15,575 nucleotides of DNA from Candidatus Rokuibacteriota bacterium (GTDB lineage Bacteria; Methylomirabilota; Methylomirabilia; Rokubacteriales; CSP1-6). Below the pieces are notes generated by a model. It was not told the DNA's origin. It searched no databases and saw nothing but the letters and a program-made list of their open reading frames with translations. The translations under genes and the position numbers were made by a program. Location: positions 1 to 15,575 of the forward strand of contig JACPCX010000030.1 of assembly GCA_016184305.1 (NCBI GenBank), given 5' to 3'. This document shows positions 1 to 9,321 of this stretch, one piece after another. The first letter of the stretch is position 1. Each line of letters opens with the position of its first letter.

Positions 1-1
1 C

Positions 2-193
2 CTCGTCGCCGCAGGTCTCCAGGTCGTGTTCGGCGTGCAGAAGATCTTCATGGCCGAGTCCAACATCCACCACGTGCCGGACTTCGTCGCGCGGCTGTAT
101 GTGATCGAGCGCGGGCAGATCATCTACACCGGGAAGCCGGAGGACGTCCACGGAGACCGCGCGGTGATGCGCGTGATCGGAGGCGTGCCGTGA
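2..193 (+). pseudogene. Partial, apparently chimeric branched-chain amino acid ABC transporter ORF (LivH-like permease start joined to LivF-like ATPase C-terminus)
   Basis: My frame-2 translation is LVAAGLQVVFGVQKIF-MAESNIHHVPDFVARLYVIERGQIIYTGKPEDVHGDRAVMRVIGGVP*, with TGA at 191-193. The first 16 aa resemble the LivH N-terminal helix. The rest resembles the LivF H-loop/C-terminus (RxYViErGqii). The 5' end is cut by the window. Confidence 0.6.
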
Positions 194-219
194 AGCGGCG
201 GCCGCTCCAGGGGGGCGGG

Positions 220-1092
220 TCAGCGGGTCGGGAGCCGGATCTCGTCCAGCACGGGGAGGAGGTACTTCCGGAACTGGCCGGGATTCTCGCTCATCGGGAA
301 GTGGCCGATCTCCGTCATGATGGTGAGGCGAGCGCCCGGGATCCGGTCCGCCGTCCAGCGCGTGTCGTCTGGCGTGCAGGAGAAGTCGTACTCGCCGGTG
401 AGCAGATAGAGCGGGCAGCGCGAGGTATCGATCCGGCCCACTCGATCCCGGAAGTCGCCGTCCTCTCGATAGCAGTACAGGTCACCCTTGAACACACCGG
501 GGCCGCCCTGCATGTAGCCCCAGAGCGTGTCCCAGCGCGTCTCCTCCGGGCTCTGCGGCGCGATGAGCCCGGACATGAGCGCCCCGCACACCTCGCCGCC
601 GTGGATGTCCGGCCGGTGGAGCCACCCCGTGTCGTCGTACCAGGGTGCCTGGTAGGCCGCGGACTCGAGCCCGATGAGCGCCCGGAAGCGCTCCGGATGC
701 AATCGCGCCAGCTCGAGCACGATCTTGCCGCCGATGGAGCAGCCGAGAACGACGGGGCGCTCGAGCCCGAGCGCGCGGCAGAAGGTCAGGATCAGGTCCA
801 CGTAGCCCGCCGTGGTGAGCCGGTACTCCTCGTCCTGCCAGCCCGCGGGAGGCAGCGACTTGCCGTGCCACGGCATGTCGAAGGCGATCACGCGATAGGA
901 CCCGGTCACCGCCTCGTCGTTCATCAGATGGCGAAACTGGCGACCGTCGGCGCCTGCCGTGTGCAGGCACACGAGCGGAATCCCCTGCCCCGCCTCCTCG
1001 AAGTAGACGCGGTGAGGCCTCTCGGCGAGGTCGAGGCGGACGTAGCGCCCGACGATGGGTTCCAGCGGAGCTCGGGGCTCGAGGTCGGCCAT
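220..1092 (-). CDS. Alpha/beta-fold hydrolase
   Basis: 290 aa with oxyanion region CLHTAG, DMPWHGKS, nucleophile elbow GCSIGG, acid motif TGEYD and catalytic His in IGHFPMSENP. The start directly abuts the upstream stop (TGAATG). Confidence 0.9.
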   Translation of the reverse strand: MADLEPRAPLEPIVGRYVRLDLAERPHRVYFEEAGQGIPLVCLHTAGADGRQFRHLMNDEAVTGSYRVIAFDMPWHGKSLPPAGWQDEEYRLTTAGYVDLILTFCRALGLERPVVLGCSIGGKIVLELARLHPERFRALIGLESAAYQAPWYDDTGWLHRPDIHGGEVCGALMSGLIAPQSPEETRWDTLWGYMQGGPGVFKGDLYCYREDGDFRDRVGRIDTSRCPLYLLTGEYDFSCTPDDTRWTADRIPGARLTIMTEIGHFPMSENPGQFRKYLLPVLDEIRLPTR

Positions 1093-1479
1093 TCAGGCCC
1101 CCCGGCGGCGCGGCGCCGCCAGCACGTCCGTGACGTAGCGCAGGTTCGCCATGAGCGGGACGAGATCGCCCTCGACCCGGGCCACGCCCAGCTTCTTCAT
1201 GGCGAAGAGATCGTGATAGCCTGGCGCCGGCACGGGCTCCCAGAAGCGCCGCCAGGCATCCGCGGAAGCGCGCACGGCGAAGCTCCACGGGCGCATCAGG
1301 AAGGGGCCGCGCTCGACGGAGGCGATGCGGCCCTCGACCACGCGGACGAGATACTGCAACTCGTCCATCTCCACCAGGAAGGTCGTCGTGAGATAGCGGC
1401 CGCGCCGGAGGAGACGCGCGTCCGCATTGACGAGCTCGGGCAGCGCGGTGATGCGCGTATGAACGTCGCTCTCGACCAT
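1093..1479 (-). CDS. Small hypothetical protein, possibly SCP2/sterol-carrier-like fold, partner of the hydrolase
   Basis: 128 aa from MVESDV. The start was shortened from the 1812 ORF because TATACT lies 7 nt upstream of ATG 1479 and the longer ORF overlaps the MetE-like gene. The C-terminal ARVEGDLVPLM pattern is SCP2-like (inference). Confidence 0.7.
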   Translation of the reverse strand: MVESDVHTRITALPELVNADARLLRRGRYLTTTFLVEMDELQYLVRVVEGRIASVERGPFLMRPWSFAVRASADAWRRFWEPVPAPGYHDLFAMKKLGVARVEGDLVPLMANLRYVTDVLAAPRRRGA

Positions 1480-1486
1480 ACCCGGC

Positions 1487-1494
1487 AGTATAGT
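1487..1494. promoter_or_regulatory. Overlapping divergent -10 boxes
   Basis: Minus-strand TATACT (1487-1492) overlaps plus-strand TATAGT (1489-1494), between the divergent starts at 1479 and 1518. SD AGGAGG at 1504-1509. Confidence 0.55.
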
Positions 1495-1517
1495 CCATGA
1501 ACAAGGAGGAATCTCCG

Positions 1518-1628
1518 ATGGCAGACCTTCCGCTGATCCCGTCCATTCTCCCGGGGGGGAGCGCCGCGCCGCTCCTCCCCCGGACCCCCCCACCGCCGTA
1601 CGCCTCCCGCGCCGGGGTGAAGCGATGA
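1518..1628 (+). CDS. Putative 36-aa leader ORF (MADLPLIPSILPGGSAAPLLPRTPPPPYASRAGVKR) coupled to the MetE-like gene
   Basis: Strong SD AGGAGG 8 nt before ATG 1518. The stop TGA 1626-1628 overlaps ATG 1625 (ATGA). The first residues copy the downstream N-terminus (LPLIPS). Confidence 0.45.
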   Translation: MADLPLIPSILPGGSAAPLLPRTPPPPYASRAGVKR

Positions 1629-1655
1629 CGGCGGCGCTCCCGCTGATCCCGTCCA
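1530..1655 (+). repeat. 16-bp direct repeat (CCGCTGATCCCGTCCA) 110 bp apart, enclosing a GC-rich hairpin
   Basis: Identical copies at 1530-1545 and 1640-1655. Internal stem 1551-1563/1570-1583 (13 bp, one bulge), G7 tract 1553-1559 and C7 tract 1585-1591. Confidence 0.85.
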
Positions 1656-2656
1656 CCGTTTGCGGCTCCCACGGCAAGGCCGGCTGGTGGTACGCCGCCG
1701 TCAAGGCCTTCGAGCACGGCGACCTCGGCCCCGGCGACATGGAGGAGATGTTCGACGACGCCGCCGACACGGCCATCCGGGACATGGAGCGCGCCGGGCT
1801 TGACATCATCACCGACGGGGAGGTCCGTCGGCTCGACGGCTACGTCGACTCCTACTACGCCATCATCAAGGGGATCGCGCCGCTCCCCGTCAAGCGCAAG
1901 GCCGGCCCCTGGGGCTACGATCAGCAGACGCGTTACGAGGCCGTGGGGCGCATCGAGACGCCGCCCGCGGGCCTCGGCATCGTGAAGGAGTACACCTACC
2001 TCAAGGCCCACACCACGAGGCGCACCAAGGCCACCTGCGCGGGGCCGCTCACCTTCGGCTCGCGGATCCACCCGGGCAAGATGTACAAGGGCGTGGTGGA
2101 CGTGGCCGAGCGCTTCGCCGAGGTGATCAACGAGGAGCTCCGGGGTCTGGTCACCGCCGGCGCCGGCTTCATCCAGATCGACGAGCCGGCGCGCGGCAAC
2201 GTCCCGGGCGAGGAGATGGCGCGGCTCTTCAACCTGGCCACCGAGGGCGTCACGGCCAGGCTCGCTTTCCACGTCTGCTTCGGCAACCGCTTCGGCCGCT
2301 CACGCTTCGACCGGAGCTACCGGCCGTACTTCCCGGGCCTCTTGAAGGCGCGCACCGATCAGTTCGTGCTGGAGTTCGCCGGGCGCGAGCTGTCGGAGCT
2401 GGACCTCTGGAAGGAGTACGGCCAGGACCGCGAGCTGGGGGCGGGCGTCATCGACGTCAAGGGCTTCTATCCGGATACGCCCGAGGACGTGGCCAAGCGC
2501 ATCCACCGGGTGCTCGCGGTGTGCAAGCCGGAGCGCCTCTACGTCAACCCGGACTGCGGCTTCGGCTGGTCCCCGCGCTACATGTGCAACCAGAAGATCC
2601 AGGCGCTGGCCGCGGGCGCCGTCCTGGCCCGCGAGGACCTCACCGGGCAGAAGTAA
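1625..2656 (+). CDS. Cobalamin-independent methionine synthase II family protein (single-barrel MetE-like)
   Basis: 343 aa with GLDIITDGE, IQIDEP, Zn ligands HVC (FHVCFGN), LEFA and NPDCGF, and GVIDVK. Confidence 0.9.
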   Translation: MTAALPLIPSTVCGSHGKAGWWYAAVKAFEHGDLGPGDMEEMFDDAADTAIRDMERAGLDIITDGEVRRLDGYVDSYYAIIKGIAPLPVKRKAGPWGYDQQTRYEAVGRIETPPAGLGIVKEYTYLKAHTTRRTKATCAGPLTFGSRIHPGKMYKGVVDVAERFAEVINEELRGLVTAGAGFIQIDEPARGNVPGEEMARLFNLATEGVTARLAFHVCFGNRFGRSRFDRSYRPYFPGLLKARTDQFVLEFAGRELSELDLWKEYGQDRELGAGVIDVKGFYPDTPEDVAKRIHRVLAVCKPERLYVNPDCGFGWSPRYMCNQKIQALAAGAVLAREDLTGQK

Positions 2657-2703
2657 AGAGCGCGGACGCCGTGCGATCCCCCTCCCGCGGGCGGCCGCGG
2701 TCG

Positions 2704-2712
2704 TGCTACAGT
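2704..2712 (+). promoter_or_regulatory. Possible extended -10 promoter
   Basis: TGCTACAGT (TGn + TAnnnT) about 35 nt before ATG 2747, with a purine-rich SD (GGAGGGAG) in between. Confidence 0.4.
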
Positions 2713-2746
2713 CCCGCGCGGGCACACCAGAGGAGGGAGCAGGCGG

Positions 2747-3811
2747 ATGGCAGACCAGAGGCAGCCCATGGCGGGCACGGTCGAGGTGCGGGAGACCCAT
2801 CGCTTCGACGTGGCGGCGCTCGAGTCCTACATGAAGGGCCACGTGGCGGGCTTCTCGGGGCCGCTCGCCGTCAGGCAGTTCCAGGGCGGCCAGTCCAACC
2901 CGACCTACTACCTCCAGACGCCGCAGCGCGAGTACGTGCTGCGCCGCAAGCCCCCCGGCAAGCTGCTCCCCTCGGCGCATGCGGTGGACCGCGAGTACCG
3001 CGTGATCACGGCGCTCGGGCAGACAGACGTGCCGGTGCCCAGGACCTACGCGCTGTGCGAGGACCCCGAGGTGGTCGGCACGCCCTTCTTCATCATGGAG
3101 TGCGTGCACGGGCGCGTGATCCCCGACGCGCGGCTGCCTGGGCTCACGCCGGCCGATCGCGCGGCCATGTACGACGCGATGAGCGATGTGCTCGCGCGTC
3201 TGCACAACGTGGACTACGCGGCCGTGGGGCTCGGCGACTTCGGCAAGCCGGGGAACTACTTCGCCCGCCAGATCCACCGCTGGACGTCCCAGTACCGCGC
3301 CTCCGAGACCGAGACCATCGCCTCCATGGACAGGCTCATCGGCTGGCTCCCCGGGCACATCCCGCCAGACGACACGACGACCATCGTCCACGGCGATTAC
3401 CGGCTCGGCAACATGATCGTCCATCCCACGGAGCCGCGGGTGCTGGCGGTGCTGGACTGGGAGCTATGCACCCTCGGGCATCCGCTGGCGGATCTCGCCT
3501 ACAACTGCATGCCCTATCACCTGAGCGCGGACGTCATGGAGGGCTTCGAGGGGGCGGATCTCGCCCCGCTCGGCATCCCCTCCGAGGAGACCTATCTCGC
3601 CGCCTACTGCCGGCGCACGGGCCGCCCGGGCATCGAGGACTGGGATTTCTACGTCGCCTTCTCCATGTTCCGGCTGGCCGCCATCGCCCAGGGCATCATG
3701 GGCCGGGTGCTGGCCGGCACGGCCAATGACCCCCATGCGCGGCTGCGGGGCGAGCGGGCGCGCCCGCTTGCGGATGCCGCCTGGGCCATCCTGGCCCCTC
3801 GCGCCGCCTGA
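2747..3811 (+). CDS. APH-family phosphotransferase (ACAD10/ACAD11 N-terminal-like, LvaA-like acyl-CoA kinase)
   Basis: 354 aa with GGQSNPTY, YVLRRKPPGKLLPSAHAVDREYR, Brenner motif VHGDYRLGN and LDWE. Confidence 0.9.
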   Translation: MADQRQPMAGTVEVRETHRFDVAALESYMKGHVAGFSGPLAVRQFQGGQSNPTYYLQTPQREYVLRRKPPGKLLPSAHAVDREYRVITALGQTDVPVPRTYALCEDPEVVGTPFFIMECVHGRVIPDARLPGLTPADRAAMYDAMSDVLARLHNVDYAAVGLGDFGKPGNYFARQIHRWTSQYRASETETIASMDRLIGWLPGHIPPDDTTTIVHGDYRLGNMIVHPTEPRVLAVLDWELCTLGHPLADLAYNCMPYHLSADVMEGFEGADLAPLGIPSEETYLAAYCRRTGRPGIEDWDFYVAFSMFRLAAIAQGIMGRVLAGTANDPHARLRGERARPLADAAWAILAPRAA

Positions 3812-3850
3812 CCCTCTGCACAGCTGACTCAGCTGCTCAAGGAGAACGCC

Positions 3851-6007
<2,157 letters not shown>

Positions 6008-6020
6008 CGAGACGGCCCGT

Positions 6021-6055
6021 CGCCCCCGCTCCGCCGTCGGAGCGGAGCGGGGGCG
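6021..6055. terminator. GC-rich hairpin between convergent genes (terminator or REP-like)
   Basis: Perfect 14-bp stem CGCCCCCGCTCCGC / GCGGAGCGGGGGCG with a 7-nt loop. There is no U-tract on either side. Confidence 0.6.
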
Positions 6056-6067
6056 CGGCGCGTCGCA

Positions 6068-7207
6068 TCACGGTGTTCGGATCATCTGAGCCCCGAGCCG
6101 CCAGAGCGCGTCGATCGGCAGGGCAAAGAACCTCGGCCCGAACGGGAGGGTCTCGGATCCGGAGTACAGCAGGATGCCTCGGTCGATGTCGACCTCCTGG
6201 CCCGTGACGGTCCGGAAGTGGAAGAGCTCGGGACCGGTCCGACTCCACACCGATTGTTTCTTCAGCTCCAGCATGACGAAGCTCTCCAGCAGCGAGCCCG
6301 CCAGACCCGGATCGTGGTGAAGCCTTTCCTCCGTGACGCGGGCCACATGGCCCAGCAGGCCGGTATCGGCGAGCACCAGGCGCGAAGCCTTGAGGAGACG
6401 CTTGGACAGGTTCGTGGACCAGGCCGGCACGGTATCGACGAGAAAGGTCGTCTCGAGCAGCGCCATGTAGCGCTTGAGCGTGCTCTGGGGGATGGCCGCG
6501 CTGCGGGAGAGCTCTGCGAAGCTGAGCAAGGAGGCAGAGCGAGCCGCCAGCAAGGCAAGGAGTCGAGGCATCGTCGTCAGGCCTTCGATGTTCGAGATCT
6601 CACGCACGTCTCGCTGCAGGATCGTGGTCACGTACGATCCGAACCAGGCACGGCGGTCGGCCTCGTCCGGCCAGCCGACGATCTCGGGGTAGCCGCCCCG
6701 GAGAACTCTCGCGAGCAAGCCCGGCCGTGCCTCGCCTTCGCCTGAGGGCCTGAGTGGAGCATCGCCGAACACGGCATCGAGGAAGCCTTCCCGCAGCCCC
6801 TCGATCTCTCCCTGGGAGAGCGGGCGAAGCGTGAGAATCTGCATCCGCCCGGCCAGCGACTCGGAGAGCCGCGGCAGGAGCAGGACGTTGGCCGAGCCCG
6901 TCAGGAGGAAACGGCCCGGCTGACGGTTCCGGTCCACGGCCAGCTTGATCGCGGGGAAGAGCTCGGGCGCGCGCTGCACCTCGTCGAGCACGACGGGGCT
7001 AACCAGGCGCCCGATGAAGCCTCCCGGGTCCGCCCGCGCCGCGGCGAGGGTGTTCGCATCGTCCAGCGTCACGTAGCGGCGCGGGTGCTCCCGCCCCAGC
7101 CACTGTACCAGGGTGGTCTTGCCGGTCTGCCTGGCGCCATTCAGGAGAACCACCGGGCTGCGAGCCAGGGCCGCCTGGAGCGGCTCGGCGAGATGACGTC
7201 TGATCAT
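6068..7207 (-). CDS. AAA_14 / DUF4143 family ATPase, C-terminal nuclease-like domain apparently internally deleted
   Basis: Walker A GARQTGKTT, Walker B VVLDEVQ, FLLTGSA..ESLAGR, GGYPE, LADTGLL and FHFRT.....EVD. The sequence runs EVDIDRGILLY without the usual vlE...iEVK segment. Confidence 0.85.
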   Translation of the reverse strand: MIRRHLAEPLQAALARSPVVLLNGARQTGKTTLVQWLGREHPRRYVTLDDANTLAAARADPGGFIGRLVSPVVLDEVQRAPELFPAIKLAVDRNRQPGRFLLTGSANVLLLPRLSESLAGRMQILTLRPLSQGEIEGLREGFLDAVFGDAPLRPSGEGEARPGLLARVLRGGYPEIVGWPDEADRRAWFGSYVTTILQRDVREISNIEGLTTMPRLLALLAARSASLLSFAELSRSAAIPQSTLKRYMALLETTFLVDTVPAWSTNLSKRLLKASRLVLADTGLLGHVARVTEERLHHDPGLAGSLLESFVMLELKKQSVWSRTGPELFHFRTVTGQEVDIDRGILLYSGSETLPFGPRFFALPIDALWRLGAQMIRTP

Positions 7208-7213
7208 GCCGGC

Positions 7214-7267
7214 ATCTTAGCCAGTATGTGGTTGATTGTCAACCTTTGTATGGCTGACAATCAACCA
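7214..7267 (-). promoter_or_regulatory. Sigma70-type leaderless promoter of the ATPase with an overlapping 13-bp inverted-repeat operator
   Basis: Minus strand TTGACA (7237-7242) - 17 nt - TAAGAT (7214-7219) - 6 nt - ATG. Perfect inverted repeat TGGTTGATTGTCA (7229-7241) / TGACAATCAACCA (7255-7267). Confidence 0.8.
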
Positions 7268-7321
7268 TCACGTCCGGCACCGCCGCTGCCTCGGGCCGGC
7301 CGCCGCCGCCCGCGCACGCGC

Positions 7322-7327
7322 TATAAT
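7322..7327 (+). promoter_or_regulatory. -10 box for the CoA-transferase operon
   Basis: Perfect TATAAT 9 nt before ATG 7337, with no SD in between. Confidence 0.6.
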
Positions 7328-7336
7328 ATCTCGCCC

Positions 7337-8530
7337 ATGGACGCCCCACTGGCCGGACTCCTCGTCGCCGATCTCACCCAGAACGTCGCCGGCCCATACT
7401 GCGCCCAGATCCTGGCGGACATGGGCGCCGAGGTGGTGAAGGTGGAGCGGCTCGGGCGGGGCGACGATGCCCGCTCCTGGGCGCCGCCCTACTGGGGCGC
7501 CGAGAGCGCCACCTTCATGAGCGTCAACCGCGGGAAGCGGAGCCTCGCCGTGGATCTCAAGTCGCGCGACGGGCTCGCCGTCCTCGAGCGCCTGGTGGGC
7601 CGGGCGGACGTCTTCGTCCAGTCGCTCCGCGCCGGCGCCGTCGAGGAGCTGGGGCTGGGCTGGGAGCGGGCACGCGCGCTGAACCCCCGGCTCATCTACT
7701 GCTCCGTCACGGCGTTCGGCACGGAGGGGCCGTACCGCGACCGTCCGGGCTACGATCCGCTGATGCAGGCCTACTGCGGCATCATGTCCGTCACCGGCCA
7801 TCCGGGCCAGCCGCCGGCGCGCGTGCCGATGTCACTCGTGGACATGGGAACGGGCATGTGGGCCGTCGCGGGGATCCTCGGCGCGCTGAGGGAGCGCGAC
7901 AGCACGGGCCGGGGCGCGCAGGTGACGACAGCCCTCTTCGACACCGCGCTCGCCTGGACGGTGTTCCAGACGAACCAGTACCTGGCGACAGGCGAGGTGC
8001 CCCGGCCCCAGGGCTCGGGCACGGCCATGATCGTCCCCTACGAGGCCTTCCCCGCCCGTGACGCGTGGGTGATGATCGCCGCGGGCTCGGATGCGCTCTT
8101 CGCCAAGGCCTGCGAGGCCCTCGATGCGCCCGCCCTGGCGCGAGATCCGCGCTTCGCAAGCAACCCGAAGCGCGTCGAGCACCGCGGGGCGCTCGTCGAC
8201 GCGCTCTCTGCCCTGACCCGCGCGATGCCGGCGGAGGAGCTGCTGGCGCGGCTCCAGAAGGCCGGCGTCCCCTCGGCGCCGATCCTCACGGTGGACCAGG
8301 TCGCGGCGGAGCCGCAAACCGACGCCAGCGGGATGCTCATCCCCGCCAGGCACCCGCGGCTCGCCGGCTACCGCGCGGTGGGACTGCCGATCAGGTGGGA
8401 CGGCGAGCGCCCGCCCGTGACCCGGGTCCCTCCGCTGCTCGGCGAACACTCGGCCGAGGTGCTGGCCGAGCTCGGCTATGACCAGGACACCATCAGGAGG
8501 CTCGTGGACCAGCATGTCATCGGACTTTAG
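7337..8530 (+). CDS. Family III CoA transferase (CaiB/BaiF)
   Basis: 397 aa from MDAPLAGLLVADLT, with AGPYCAQILADMGAEVVKVE, NRGKRSLAVDLK, GYD, catalytic-region SLVD and PPLLGEHS. The start was moved from 7085 because that ORF overlaps the ATPase and its promoter. Confidence 0.92.
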   Translation: MDAPLAGLLVADLTQNVAGPYCAQILADMGAEVVKVERLGRGDDARSWAPPYWGAESATFMSVNRGKRSLAVDLKSRDGLAVLERLVGRADVFVQSLRAGAVEELGLGWERARALNPRLIYCSVTAFGTEGPYRDRPGYDPLMQAYCGIMSVTGHPGQPPARVPMSLVDMGTGMWAVAGILGALRERDSTGRGAQVTTALFDTALAWTVFQTNQYLATGEVPRPQGSGTAMIVPYEAFPARDAWVMIAAGSDALFAKACEALDAPALARDPRFASNPKRVEHRGALVDALSALTRAMPAEELLARLQKAGVPSAPILTVDQVAAEPQTDASGMLIPARHPRLAGYRAVGLPIRWDGERPPVTRVPPLLGEHSAEVLAELGYDQDTIRRLVDQHVIGL

Positions 8531-9308
8531 GACCCTCACTGTTTCGCGCTCGGCCGACGGGTTCGTCGTCACGGTGGAGCTCAACCGCCCCGAGGCGCTC
8601 AACGCCATGAACACGGCCATGGGGGAGGATTTCCTGCGCTGCTTCGACGCCTTCCAGTGGGACCGGACGGTGCGCGCCGTGATCCTCACCGGCGCGGGCC
8701 AGAAGGCCTTCTGCGTGGGCGGCGACCTCAAGGAGCGGGAGGGCATGACGGACGAGGTCTGGCGCGCCCAGCATCAGATCTTCGAGGAAGGGGCCTTCCG
8801 CCTCCTCCGCTGCCCGGTGCCCGTCATCGCGGCCGTGGAGGGCTTCGCCATGGGCGGCGGCTGCGAGCTGGCGATTCTCTCGGACTTCGTCGTGGCGAGC
8901 GAGAGCGCCGTCTTCGCGGTGCCGGAGGTGACGCGCGGGATCTTCCCGGGCATCGGCGGCACCCAGCTCCTGCCGCGGATCATCGGCGGGCCGCTGGCCA
9001 AGGAGATGATCTTCACCGGCCGGCGCGTGAGCGCCGCCGAGGCCAAGGCGATCGGGCTGGTGAACCACCTGGTGCCCGCGGGCCAGGCGCGCGCCAAGGC
9101 GCTCGAGATCGCGGCTACCATCGCCGAGAACGGCCCCGTGGCCGTGCGCCAGGCGAAGAAGGCCATCGCCTGGGGCAGCGAGACGGATCTGTCCACGGCC
9201 ATGGTGCTGGCCATCGAGGCCTACAACAACACCGTCACCACCGACGATCGGCTCGAGGGCGTGAGAGCGTTCAACGAGAAACGGAAGCCCCGCTTCCAGG
9301 GGAAGTGA
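8514..9308 (+). CDS. Enoyl-CoA hydratase/isomerase (crotonase family)
   Basis: 264 aa from MSSDF (AGGAGG upstream), with NRPEALNAM, AFCVGGDLKE, GGGCE and PEV (both catalytic Glu), and AFNEKRKPRFQGK. Confidence 0.92.
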   Translation: MSSDFRTLTVSRSADGFVVTVELNRPEALNAMNTAMGEDFLRCFDAFQWDRTVRAVILTGAGQKAFCVGGDLKEREGMTDEVWRAQHQIFEEGAFRLLRCPVPVIAAVEGFAMGGGCELAILSDFVVASESAVFAVPEVTRGIFPGIGGTQLLPRIIGGPLAKEMIFTGRRVSAAEAKAIGLVNHLVPAGQARAKALEIAATIAENGPVAVRQAKKAIAWGSETDLSTAMVLAIEAYNNTVTTDDRLEGVRAFNEKRKPRFQGK

Positions 9309-9321
9309 GCGAGGACAACTC

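Noticed and set aside
1500..1625. SAM or cobalamin riboswitch upstream of the MetE-like gene
   Set aside because: I see no conserved riboswitch core motifs, and the region is short and explained by the repeat-bounded hairpin. An Rfam/Infernal scan would settle it.
1517..2756. GATGGCAGACC shared by the starts at 1518 and 2747
   Set aside because: Only 11 bp, explained by both ORFs beginning Met-Ala-Asp.
2747..3811. Aminoglycoside resistance kinase
   Set aside because: The motifs (LRRKPPGKLLPSAHAVDRE) and beta-oxidation context match the ACAD10/11-like metabolic subfamily.
7085..7336. N-terminal extensions in the ORF track (also 8478, 10332, 11461, 12822 and 1812 starts)
   Set aside because: They overlap neighbouring genes or promoters. 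Family similarity or SD/-10 signals point to the later starts used above.
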